A stretch of DNA of 37,654 nt from a virus (IMGVR_UViG_3300020043_002590:1-37654); one strand, 5' to 3'. Positions 1 through 8,119 are shown, counted from the stretch's first letter. Numbers and translations are program-made. The notes: generated by a model not told the origin, from the sequence alone.

Positions 1-834
1 CACGGGGAAGCGTGGCTTGTCCTTCACGCCAGTCGGTTGGCTTTTGTACTTCACCACCTTGCCGATCAGGTTGTCGCCGATGCACCAGAGCAGATGGCGT
101 TGGTCCGCGGTGAAACCTGTACCGATGTCGAACTCGACGCCAGTCTTCAGGTCCTTGACCATGAGGGCTCCGAGTGTCTGCTTGCCGACCTTGCCCGCCT
201 TATGACTTGAGCGCTCAAGCTGGCCCAGTTCATTCCGCTTCGCCTCATTGGCATTGTGCTGAGCTTCTGAGTAGCCGGTGACCTTGGCCTCAGCATCGAC
301 AAAGCGCTTGACCTTGAGCAGCCATGCTTCTTTGGCAGTCGAGCGGCCATGTTTGTACGGGCCATCAGGATGACGCAGCATGATGCCTTCGTAGCCAGCA
401 GCCAAGTAGCTCTCTTCCCATGTCAGGATGGCGTCCTCACGGTTCACCTTGTCATGCTGTACCTGCACAAAGTGGGTATGACGCTTGGTCCGCTTGAAAG
501 CCATGTCCAAGCGCTTGGCAAACCCAGCATTGTGGCTGAAGTCGTCGAACACATAGAATTTCACCTTAGGTTGGCCCTCGATGCTCATGACGCCAGACGA
601 TGTTACTTGGAACACCTCCTTGGCGATAGGCGACTCAACGATCAGTTCGCCATCAAGGCCATTGAACTCATGATGACCGAACAGCAGCTGAACGTACTTG
701 TTGGGGATCGGCTTCAGACTGCGACCAACAGCCACTCCATCGATGATCAAGCAACGAATGCCGTCCAGCTTGGGGCTGAGCAGCATTGGAAATGGAATGA
801 CCGGTCCAGCCGGTGACGCAAGCATTGGTTTCAT
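1..834 (-). CDS. ATP-dependent DNA ligase (3' end truncated by window edge)
   Basis: Not in the ORF track (no stop in window). Manual translation from ATG 834: MKPMLASPAGPVIPFPMLLSPKLDGIRCL (KxDGxR adenylation motif), ending ...VVKYKSQPTGVKDKPRFPV (motif VI). Confidence 0.92.
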   Translation of the reverse strand, partial: MKPMLASPAGPVIPFPMLLSPKLDGIRCLIIDGVAVGRSLKPIPNKYVQLLFGHHEFNGLDGELIVESPIAKEVFQVTSSGVMSIEGQPKVKFYVFDDFSHNAGFAKRLDMAFKRTKRHTHFVQVQHDKVNREDAILTWEESYLAAGYEGIMLRHPDGPYKHGRSTAKEAWLLKVKRFVDAEAKVTGYSEAQHNANEAKRNELGQLERSSHKAGKVGKQTLGALMVKDLKTGVEFDIGTGFTADQRHLLWCIGDNLIGKVVKYKSQPTGVKDKPRFPV

Positions 835-971
835 AAAGACTCTCTAATAAAGTAGGCCACAGAGCACCAGAAGACTGCCATGACAATCAGCAGCAATAAG
901 ACTGGCCAATTGAAGTGACTGGATCCGCAGTTGCAGTCGCGTCCTTGTCGGCAGTTCTGGTTGCAGCTCAC
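831..971 (-). CDS. small Cys-rich membrane protein, 46 aa
   Basis: GTG start; MSCNQNCRQGRDCNCGSSHFNWPVLLLLIVMAVFWCSVAYFIRESL; GTGA/ATGA overlaps with both neighbours. Confidence 0.7.
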   Translation of the reverse strand: MSCNQNCRQGRDCNCGSSHFNWPVLLLLIVMAVFWCSVAYFIRESL

Positions 972-1129
972 AATGGCACCTCAACAATGTCAATCTGCTT
1001 GGTGCTTTTGTCCTGGAACACTGCCAGACACGGCGGTGCTCTGAACCCCATCACTCGGGCCAGAACGACTGGAAGTTGTTTGGGTACCAGATACGCCACC
1101 AGCTTGGTGGTCGATGGATTCTTGGGCAT
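968..1129 (-). CDS. hypothetical protein, 53 aa
   Basis: MPKNPSTTKLVAYLVPKQ...IVEVPL; AAGGA SD upstream; its stop overlaps the next GTG start; overlaps the tail of the 990-1466 ORF. Confidence 0.55.
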   Translation of the reverse strand: MPKNPSTTKLVAYLVPKQLPVVLARVMGFRAPPCLAVFQDKSTKQIDIVEVPL

Positions 1130-1466
1130 GGCTAAATTCCTTCTTCATGTAGTATTTCAAACTGACCCGCATCGCTGCTTCACGCAAGCGACTTGGGCTG
1201 CACAATTTCATGGCTTCAAAGCCGATGGCCAGAAGTGTCTCAAGCTCAGACCGCTCATCATCGCCCCAACCGATCATTTCAGCGACGCACTCCTGCATGC
1301 GCTTGTCCTTGAGCTTCGATGCCGTCTCAACTAGGTACTCAAGGTCGTCGCGGCTTAGGTTCCCACGACCACGCATGATGGCTGTCGAGCGGTTAGTGTA
1401 GTAGGTCAACAAGGCATTGAAGTACTCATGGCTGCCGACTTGAACGGTCTTGGGCTTCTTAGCCAT
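990..1466 (-). CDS. hypothetical protein
   Basis: Track ORF 990..1583 trimmed to MAKKPKTVQ at 1466, which is coupled to the J-domain gene stop. Confidence 0.7.
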   Translation of the reverse strand: MAKKPKTVQVGSHEYFNALLTYYTNRSTAIMRGRGNLSRDDLEYLVETASKLKDKRMQECVAEMIGWGDDERSELETLLAIGFEAMKLCSPSRLREAAMRVSLKYYMKKEFSHAQESIDHQAGGVSGTQTTSSRSGPSDGVQSTAVSGSVPGQKHQAD

Positions 1467-1737
1467 GGCCAGAACCTCCACATGCTTGGCATGGCAGCTC
1501 GATGCTGCTGAAGCCATGGGTCTGCGTGACCTTGCCAGATCCTTTGCAAGATCCACACGCCTTGGGTTCGCCCGCTTCAGCAAATGCCTGCTTGTAGGCC
1601 TTGCGGATCGTGTTGAACTCCACGGAGTTGCCTCCGCGGTCTGGGTGGTAAATCATGCAGAGTTCCCGCCATTTCGCCTTGACCTCGTCAGGCGTCGCGG
1701 TATCAGGAAGGCCCAGAGTCGCGAAAGCTTTACTCAT
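1459..1737 (-). CDS. mini DnaJ-like protein (J domain plus zinc-finger repeats)
   Basis: MSKAFATLGL...YHPDRGG (HPD motif), then CGSCKGSG and CQACGGSG (CxxCxGxG twice). Confidence 0.88.
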   Translation of the reverse strand: MSKAFATLGLPDTATPDEVKAKWRELCMIYHPDRGGNSVEFNTIRKAYKQAFAEAGEPKACGSCKGSGKVTQTHGFSSIELPCQACGGSGHG

Positions 1738-1895
1738 TTGATCAAGTCCCAGCCGATCATGAAGAAGACCCAGAGGAGCTTCAGGAAGAAGCCCAGGACT
1801 GGCAGCAGAATGACTCCGATGACCAGACCAAGACCCCAACCAAGAATCTCCTTGGCCCAGTCAATCCAGGTGTAGAGGTAACGACTACGACGCAT
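1734..1895 (-). CDS. small membrane protein, 53 aa
   Basis: MRRSRYLYTWIDWAKEILGWGLGLVIGVILLPVLGFFLKLLWVFFMIGWDLIK; AGGAG SD; ATGA overlap with the J-domain gene. Confidence 0.7.
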   Translation of the reverse strand: MRRSRYLYTWIDWAKEILGWGLGLVIGVILLPVLGFFLKLLWVFFMIGWDLIK

Positions 1896-2544
1896 CGAGA
1901 ATCTCCTTGATTGATGGCATGACGTGGAGCAAAGCCAGTTTGCACATGACTGCTATCTCACGATGCTCTTGCTGGGTTCCGTTGCCGGCGCGGAGTTGGA
2001 GGTAGTGGATCCAACTGCGAACTGAGCCAGACATGTAGAGGCGTGAAGGTGTCAAGCCCTCAGGCAGGACAGCACGAGCAACCTCTTTGGCGATGCCTTG
2101 GTTGAGCGCATCCTGATAGACCTTTGTCGCTTGCTCTGCCAGCCAAGCTTGTTGGTCGTCCCACCATGCACGCAGTTGAGCATCATGGGCAGGAGTGGAG
2201 TTCTGACGATTGGTTGTGTCCTGCAGACGAGCTTCACGCAAGACAGGATCGGCCACGACCTCGGCATACCGCTGGCTAAACTCTTGGAAGCTGAAGGACC
2301 GATGGCGCAGAATCTGGCGGGCAATGTCGCGAGTCGTCTGGATCTCAATGACGGCATGGGCCATCTCAAACGGAGACCAGTGTTGGTTGCGGACAAGGTA
2401 GTTGAGCAGACGAGGAGCAGTTTCATGGTTGGCCTGGTTGGCAGGGTTCGAGACCCGTGCACAGTAGGCTACCAGCTCCTCGCCCGTCTGAACACCTTCA
2501 AGCTCAATTGGCTGGGTGAATGCGATCAGACGGACTTGGCTCAT
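1885..2544 (-). CDS. thyX: flavin-dependent thymidylate synthase
   Basis: RHRSFSFQEFSQRY (RHRx7SxR signature), HWSPFE, ARAVLP, TQQEHR. Confidence 0.96.
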   Translation of the reverse strand: MSQVRLIAFTQPIELEGVQTGEELVAYCARVSNPANQANHETAPRLLNYLVRNQHWSPFEMAHAVIEIQTTRDIARQILRHRSFSFQEFSQRYAEVVADPVLREARLQDTTNRQNSTPAHDAQLRAWWDDQQAWLAEQATKVYQDALNQGIAKEVARAVLPEGLTPSRLYMSGSVRSWIHYLQLRAGNGTQQEHREIAVMCKLALLHVMPSIKEILDAS

Positions 2545-2756
2545 GACTGGTCTTCCTTCACATCGGTCTCAGCGCACAGACCGTTGATGAACTCGAGCAA
2601 CTCAGCCTTGGCGACTGGGATGTCAGTCTGCTCGATGGTGACGTCCTTCTTCTTGGCACCTGTCTCTTCGACAATGGTGTTACGGGTTGCCGTTGCATCG
2701 GCATTTGTGCTGGCGTAGCGCTTGCGGCCACCGCCTTGAACGAGATAACAACGCAT
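2541..2756 (-). CDS. hypothetical protein
   Basis: 71-aa ORF tightly packed between neighbours; ATGA overlap with thyX. Confidence 0.7.
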   Translation of the reverse strand: MRCYLVQGGGRKRYASTNADATATRNTIVEETGAKKKDVTIEQTDIPVAKAELLEFINGLCAETDVKEDQS

Positions 2757-2758
2757 AA

Positions 2759-3352
2759 TCAGTTTCCTTTGAGTGAATGAACGACGGCGCGGAAGATGTA
2801 GTCCTTGGCCTGCTGTTCGCGTGGCAGCTGGTCAAAAGCAACCAGACACGGATGCTCTTTTTTGTCAGCGTCCTTAACAGGGCCGTATTTCCAACCATCA
2901 TTGACTTTTTGCACCGTCCATGAAAAGTGACTGGCCTCTGGTCCAACGTCAGCCATCATGTGTAGATCAACACCAGCACGAGCGGATGCGCGTTGCCACT
3001 CAGGAGCATCTTCCCAGGTTGGTTGGCTGTTGTCGCCCATCGCTTCACAGTAGGCCTTGTTAACCTCATGACAGGCCCGAGCAATGCGATCGATGTTGCC
3101 GTAGGCGCTCAGCTGCTCTGCCAACAGATAGCCTTCCAATTCCCAGATCTTGTCAAAGGCTTTTTCCAAGGCGTATTGTTCGCCGAGCTCTTTGTTGAAG
3201 TTGGCTGCACTGACGCAGGCTGATTCACCACGCACTGTGAAGCCATTACGCAACACAACATGGGCAATGGTGGTGCGGCCGTCGGGCATGATGAAGTACT
3301 CAACGCCGGCGATCTTCGCCTGGACGTCTTCCTTCGTGACTTTGGTTCGCAT
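2759..3352 (-). CDS. N4 Gp49/Sf6 gp66-family domain fused to a RyR domain
   Basis: N-half LRNGFTVRGESACVSAANFNKELGEQYA...IWELEGYLL; C-half SHFSW...GWKYGPVKDADKKEHPCLVAFDQL...KD (RyR repeat pattern). Confidence 0.85.
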   Translation of the reverse strand: MRTKVTKEDVQAKIAGVEYFIMPDGRTTIAHVVLRNGFTVRGESACVSAANFNKELGEQYALEKAFDKIWELEGYLLAEQLSAYGNIDRIARACHEVNKAYCEAMGDNSQPTWEDAPEWQRASARAGVDLHMMADVGPEASHFSWTVQKVNDGWKYGPVKDADKKEHPCLVAFDQLPREQQAKDYIFRAVVHSLKGN

Positions 3353-3379
3353 GTGAAACTCCTTACTTACATTGAGGTG

Positions 3380-3404
3380 AAAAGAAAGGAGACCGAAGTC
3401 TCCT
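3380..3404 (-). terminator. intrinsic terminator
   Basis: Minus strand AGGAGAC-TTCG-GTCTCCT followed by TTCTTTT. Confidence 0.85.
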
Positions 3405-3422
3405 ACCTGGTGGACAGCTGGA

Positions 3423-3629
3423 TTAAGCAGCTTCCTTGATGCCGTCCACGATGGACTTCAACACCGCCTTGGTTGCCTTGGCAGCAGCCTTGTCTTCGGG
3501 CAGCTCGGCTTCCTTGACCACAGCCAGGACGCGCTTGGTCTCGGCCTTCACAGCAGCAGCAACTTGCTTCTCGACAGCAGCTTGCACGCCTTCGTCGGCC
3601 AGTGCGGCCTTGATCTCTTTTGCATTCAT
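3423..3629 (-). CDS. small Ala/Lys-rich helical protein, 68 aa
   Basis: AGGAG SD; lies between its own promoter and terminator. Confidence 0.8.
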   Translation of the reverse strand: MNAKEIKAALADEGVQAAVEKQVAAAVKAETKRVLAVVKEAELPEDKAAAKATKAVLKSIVDGIKEAA

Positions 3630-3683
3630 GATAAACTCCTAAATGGTTGATAACGCGTTGGGAGAATTCCCTCAGCAGTTGCG

Positions 3684-3712
3684 ATTCTAATCTGCGCCGC
3701 CGCAGCTGTAAA
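3684..3712 (-). promoter_or_regulatory. sigma70-type promoter
   Basis: TTTACA-17 nt-TAGAAT on the minus strand. Confidence 0.8.
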
Positions 3713-3721
3713 CATGTGGTT

Positions 3722-5824
3722 TCAATATTTTGCGGCTTTTGCGCCAGATTGTTTCTTTGACCAGTCTTCCAAGTGCTTCACAGCAGCTTGCGGAGCGGCT
3801 TCGGTCATCCAGAACTCGATGTTCCGCAACGCGTACAAGCGACCTTGCCCGCCATCTGCCAAACGGATCGGCTTGCCACCACATATCTGACGGACTCCGG
3901 CCCGTGCCAGCTCGCGACCCAACCCGTTGGCCGTAGTCCCGGTCTTGCCACTCGGGTCGTAGAACTGCAGCAGCTCCTTCGACGTGAACAGGTCCTTGTC
4001 AACCACAATCTCGCCAACCTTGAGGACGTGGTTCGGCGTGGCCAAGAGCTGGCGCACCCAACCGGCCAGGTCACTCTGCACGTTGGCAATCATGCGCTCC
4101 TTGGCTGCTGTCTTGAAGGCCGGAGCCGCTGGGTTGAAGTCGCCCGTGTCGCGATTTAAGAGGTAGTGGAAAACTGCCTTGCTGCCGCCCGTGTCCAGCC
4201 ACAGGTCATAGTTCATGTAGAACTCTTCGTCCATAGGACCGACCTGCACCTCGTGGATGAAGAAGCGGCGGTCGTCGTCTTCAAGGAAAAACGAGTCCGG
4301 GTGGTTGGCCGTGAAGAAGTAGTTGATGCAGTCAGGCACCACGTACGTGGGCACATACTTACCATTGACTCGGAGTTCACGCTGCGTGATGAGCTTCTTC
4401 AAGAAGTCGGCATCAGCCCGCTTATTGGACCCAGTCACGTCGTCGCCCATGACAAACTGCTTGCCCTCAGCCCATTCATTGAAGCTGTTGTGCAGGTCCA
4501 TTTGACTGATCTCGGTGAAGTTCTGACCGTAGATCCTGCCCAGCGTGTAGCCGATCAGCGATTTACCAGTGCCGTGTCTAATGCCGTGCAGGACCGCTGA
4601 GCTGAACAGCTTCGTGCCCGGATGCTGCAGCGGGTACGCACACCAGTTGAGGAACCAGTTCATGGCTTCAGGTTCACTACCCTTGAAGATGTGCGCGACC
4701 AGCTCAAGGAAAGGATCAACCTCATCCTCAACCGGTTCAACGCCCCAACCAGGCCAGATGTTAAACATGGGTCGCGGCTCAGCAATAAAGCGGCCATCGC
4801 CCGGCTTGTACGTGATCTTTGTAACCTCAGTCCGCAGCGGCCACTTGAGCCACGCAGCAGCTGCTGAGACCGCCTTGAATGAAACCGTGCCGTCTTGTTT
4901 GAGACTGCGCTCGTGGTAGTTCAGGGGAGCCTGCAGATGCTCCTTGAAGGCGGATGGACTTGCCTTGAACCGAGTGTCTTGGTCGACGATGAGGCCAGGG
5001 TCCTGCACGTAGACGTACTTCTCGTTGAGTCCCCAAAGTGGCGCGGTCAGGCCCAGCGGCTCGGCTTCCGTGAGGAGACCGCGAAACATCGAGACGGCAG
5101 ATGGCCCAGCATGCATGAGGAAGTCGTCCAGACCCACCTTCTCGAGGCCAGGCAGCTGAGGCAGCGAGACCAGATGCACGAAGCAGCCGCGACGGTGCAG
5201 CTCCTCACCAAGTTCTCGGAGCGCGGCGCAGACCATCGGGTTGGTCTTGTAGTCCGAGTCAAAGCAGATGTAGACGTTGCGTTTGGCCCACTTGACAAGG
5301 TCCAGACTGGGCAGCCAATCGAGTCCCAGCTTGTGGCTGCGCCAGTTGTACACGCCACCTAGTCCGATGGTGGGGAAGCCTTCCTTGCAGGCCTTGGCTG
5401 CTTTGAGTTCGCCCTCGGTCAGGATCAGAGGCTGGTCGGTGTCGTGAAGCAGGCCTTCCCAGTCCTGATTGGCTGGGTAGTAAGCAACCGGTGCGGTATT
5501 GGGTTCCTGCACGTAGCGGACTGGCTTCTTGTCAGTCAGGCTGGAGAAGTCAGACGGGGTCTCAAGGTACCTGATGCGGTAGAACGGCTTGGACCCAGGC
5601 CAATCGCCGATCGGTTTGCCGTCAGGACCTAAGTAATCGATGCGCAAACTGCAAAACTGCTTGAATGCTTGGTGCTGAGCCGCAGTCTGTTGCTGGCCCA
5701 AGCAATGCATACTAAGCAGCTTGGCATCTTCAAGCGTGAGTCCGCTTGATTTGAGTTTTGCTTCCCCTAATGAAAGGGCTTTGTGGTCAGCAGCTGGAGC
5801 CGCCTTCTTCTTAGTAGTCGCCAT
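3722..5824 (-). CDS. primase-helicase (Toprim/DUF3854-like plus P-loop NTPase)
   Basis: ILTEGELKA, ICFDSD, GLDD Toprim motifs; GIRHGTGKS Walker A; FFTANH, DDRRF. Start placed at MATTKKK (AAGGA SD) rather than 5893. Confidence 0.9.
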   Translation of the reverse strand: MATTKKKAAPAADHKALSLGEAKLKSSGLTLEDAKLLSMHCLGQQQTAAQHQAFKQFCSLRIDYLGPDGKPIGDWPGSKPFYRIRYLETPSDFSSLTDKKPVRYVQEPNTAPVAYYPANQDWEGLLHDTDQPLILTEGELKAAKACKEGFPTIGLGGVYNWRSHKLGLDWLPSLDLVKWAKRNVYICFDSDYKTNPMVCAALRELGEELHRRGCFVHLVSLPQLPGLEKVGLDDFLMHAGPSAVSMFRGLLTEAEPLGLTAPLWGLNEKYVYVQDPGLIVDQDTRFKASPSAFKEHLQAPLNYHERSLKQDGTVSFKAVSAAAAWLKWPLRTEVTKITYKPGDGRFIAEPRPMFNIWPGWGVEPVEDEVDPFLELVAHIFKGSEPEAMNWFLNWCAYPLQHPGTKLFSSAVLHGIRHGTGKSLIGYTLGRIYGQNFTEISQMDLHNSFNEWAEGKQFVMGDDVTGSNKRADADFLKKLITQRELRVNGKYVPTYVVPDCINYFFTANHPDSFFLEDDDRRFFIHEVQVGPMDEEFYMNYDLWLDTGGSKAVFHYLLNRDTGDFNPAAPAFKTAAKERMIANVQSDLAGWVRQLLATPNHVLKVGEIVVDKDLFTSKELLQFYDPSGKTGTTANGLGRELARAGVRQICGGKPIRLADGGQGRLYALRNIEFWMTEAAPQAAVKHLEDWSKKQSGAKAAKY

Positions 5825-5900
5825 CTTGTTTTCGGTCCTTAATTCGTCGATCATAGCCGCCTCAGCATCGGCCAACCATGCGCTCAGCCGCATGAAAAGG

Positions 5901-5990
5901 TGTCCGCCTCGCTACATCACTTGCTGAGGGCGATCGACGCGGACCAAGGTTGTGGGCAACCGAAGGAGACACGACACAGCGAGGCGGACA
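5901..5990 (-). ncRNA. candidate structured leader RNA / sRNA
   Basis: Perfect 13-bp inverted repeat (5901-5913 / 5978-5990), extendable by G-U pairs on the minus strand; starts at the predicted +1 of the 5997-6025 promoter. Confidence 0.5.
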
Positions 5991-5996
5991 AGGAGG

Positions 5997-6025
5997 ATTC
6001 TAATCTGTAGCGAGCGACCTGTAAA
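5997..6025 (-). promoter_or_regulatory. sigma70-type promoter for primase-helicase
   Basis: TTTACA-17 nt-TAGAAT; shares GTTTACAG...CAGATTAGAATC with the 3684 promoter. Confidence 0.8.
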
Positions 6026-6054
6026 CAATGGATTACCGTCGGAGTGAAAAGCTG

Positions 6055-6270
6055 TTATAGATCAACCACTTAGGCTTAGTTCTTGGCTCTTGGCGCTCTG
6101 CTACACAACAAAGCGGTCGCTACACGCTACGCCAATCTCTATTCTCTCTTCTCTCTATACTTCTTCTTCTTCTTCTTCTTCTTTAGTTAAAAAGAGACTA
6201 TAGTAAATGTAGTATCTGTAGTTTATCTTATAAATCAACAACTTAGGTTGCTACACAACTCGCTACACAG
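6055..6270. repeat. AT-rich repeat region: putative origin/packaging region with IHF-like sites and GCTACAC repeats
   Basis: TTATA(G/A)ATCAAC(C/A)ACTTAGG at 6055-6074 and 6228-6247; four GCTACAC copies; (TTC)n polypyrimidine tract between them. Confidence 0.6.
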
Positions 6271-6339
6271 GCCGCTCCATCAGAGTGAGTGTTCGCCCAT
6301 TTAGAGGGTGTACGAAGTTTCCCACATGTGTTAGAGCGG

Positions 6340-6368
6340 TTTACCACTGTCAGGAAACGGTTTACGAT
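6340..6368 (+). promoter_or_regulatory. sigma70-type promoter for the virion operon
   Basis: TTTACC-17 nt-TACGAT, about 50 nt upstream of the small terminase. Confidence 0.6.
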
Positions 6369-6416
6369 ACACACCATCGAGATTTCCTATCTCCAAATCT
6401 TCTGTGGAGTTAAATA

Positions 6417-6785
6417 ATGGCAGGTGGTGGACGACAACCAGGTGCTGGACGGCCAAAAGGCGCGCTGTCCAAGGTCACTGCAAAAGCAAAACAAGCCGCC
6501 ATGGAAACTGGTCTGCTACCACATGAGTGGTTGCTGCAAGTCAGTCGTGGTGAAGGTATCAAGCACAAACGTTGGGTTGTGAAGTACGACAAGCAAGGCA
6601 AAGAAGTCAGCCGCGACCTTGTGGAAGAAGAGGTCTACGCAGACTTTCCCACGCGCATTGATGCTGCCAAGGCTGCGTCTCCGTTCTATGCACCCAAGCT
6701 TGCCGTGCAAACCGTCTCGGTCACTGGCAACTCTGACGCTGTGTCTGAGACATTGAAAGCCATTGCGGAGAAGCTTCCAGTATGA
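6417..6785 (+). CDS. terminase small subunit
   Basis: GGRQPGAGRPKG N-terminal motif, RIDAAKAASPFYAPKL; directly upstream of TerL. Confidence 0.8.
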   Translation: MAGGGRQPGAGRPKGALSKVTAKAKQAAMETGLLPHEWLLQVSRGEGIKHKRWVVKYDKQGKEVSRDLVEEEVYADFPTRIDAAKAASPFYAPKLAVQTVSVTGNSDAVSETLKAIAEKLPV

Positions 6786-8110
6786 TTGACCTCTCCCATC
6801 AGAAGGACATGGAACGTTGGTACCCGCTGACTGAGCACTCCGTGCAGACTGCCCTGGTCAATGACAAGGTGCGGTTCAAGGTGGTCCCAGCAGGGCGGCG
6901 GTCAGGCAAGACTGAAAGGGCCAAGCGCTTCGTGGTGCGTGAGGCTATGCGTGAACCAGGGCCCTACTTCGTTGCCGCTCCTACCCGAGACCAAGTCAAG
7001 CGGATCTACTGGGCAGACCTCAAGCGTCTCTGCTTCACCTCTGTGCTCGGCGACCGCTCAGTCAGCGAGTCTGAACTTCAGATACGTCTGCCCAATGGCA
7101 GCACCATCAGTCTCGTCGGTCTTGATCAACCTCAGCGCATGGAAGGCGTGCTCTGGATTGGCGGTGTCATCGATGAGATTGCCGACGTGCGTGAAGGAGC
7201 ATGGCAGGAGAACATCAGTCCTGCGCTAGATACCTTCAATCCGCTGAAGCCTGGCTACCGTCCATGGTGCTGGTTGATCGGGGTTCCTGACGGCCTGAAC
7301 CATTACTACGAGATGGCTGAGTATGCTCGCACCTCAGGCGACGCTGACTGGAAGCTCTACACGTGGATGTCGTCAGACATTCTCCCACCTGATGTGATCG
7401 AAGCCGCCAAGCGCCGCATGTCGCCCCGTCAGTACCGCCAGGAGTACGAGGCTAGTTTCGAGACCGCATCAGGCCGAGTGTACGAGGACTACGGTCCGCA
7501 CAACTACACGAAGGAAGTCATCAAGAGCCATGAGCAGATCATGTGGCACCATGACTTCAACTTCACGCCCATGAGCTCAGGCATCGGTGTACGCCGTGGC
7601 AATGATTTCTACATCCTCGACGAGATCATCTTGACCAGCGCAACGTCACGACAGTCGGCCGTTGAGTTCGTTGAAAAGTACAAGAACCACGCCAACCGCA
7701 AGGTCATCATCTACGGAGACCCCGCAGGCCGAGCTGGTGAGAAGCACGGTCACGCATCAGACTACACCGAGATGGAGCAAGTGCTGCGCGCCAACAACTG
7801 GCAGGTCGAACGACGCGTCAAGCCCGCTGCTCCTGCCATTAAGGACCGTCAGAACTCTGTGCGCGCCAAGATCAGGAACGCTGCTGGCCAGACCAGTCTG
7901 TTCGTGAACATCGACAAGGCGAAGTACGCTCACAAGGGTCTTGCCACTGTGCAGATCAAGAAGGGCAGCACCTTCCTCGAAGAAGACAGCGACTACCAGC
8001 ACATCACGACAGCCATCGGCTACTGCGTTGACCATGAGTGGCCACTGCGTCCTGACCGTCCGAACGTCGATGCCAAGCCTATTGCGTCCACCCATCATTT
8101 CAACCGTTAA
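6782..8110 (+). CDS. terminase large subunit
   Basis: AGRRSGKT Walker A, GVIDE Walker B, QEYEASF, RNase H-like HDFN, YGDPAG. Confidence 0.95.
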   Translation: MIDLSHQKDMERWYPLTEHSVQTALVNDKVRFKVVPAGRRSGKTERAKRFVVREAMREPGPYFVAAPTRDQVKRIYWADLKRLCFTSVLGDRSVSESELQIRLPNGSTISLVGLDQPQRMEGVLWIGGVIDEIADVREGAWQENISPALDTFNPLKPGYRPWCWLIGVPDGLNHYYEMAEYARTSGDADWKLYTWMSSDILPPDVIEAAKRRMSPRQYRQEYEASFETASGRVYEDYGPHNYTKEVIKSHEQIMWHHDFNFTPMSSGIGVRRGNDFYILDEIILTSATSRQSAVEFVEKYKNHANRKVIIYGDPAGRAGEKHGHASDYTEMEQVLRANNWQVERRVKPAAPAIKDRQNSVRAKIRNAAGQTSLFVNIDKAKYAHKGLATVQIKKGSTFLEEDSDYQHITTAIGYCVDHEWPLRPDRPNVDAKPIASTHHFNR

Positions 8111-8119
8111 GGAACCACC

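Noticed and set aside
5825-5893. Upstream starts given by the ORF track (5893, also 1583, 1839, 10938, 13166, 13956, 18752, 19456, 26815, 29930, 30790)
   Set aside because: Downstream ATGs have better SD sequences and abut or couple to neighbouring stops.
5901-5990. tRNA gene
   Set aside because: No TTCGA T-loop, D-arm or CCA end; the closing stem is far longer than an acceptor stem.
6055-6270. Repeats as a CRISPR or mini-array
   Set aside because: Only two imperfect 20-mers and short heptamers with irregular spacing; no repeat-spacer periodicity.
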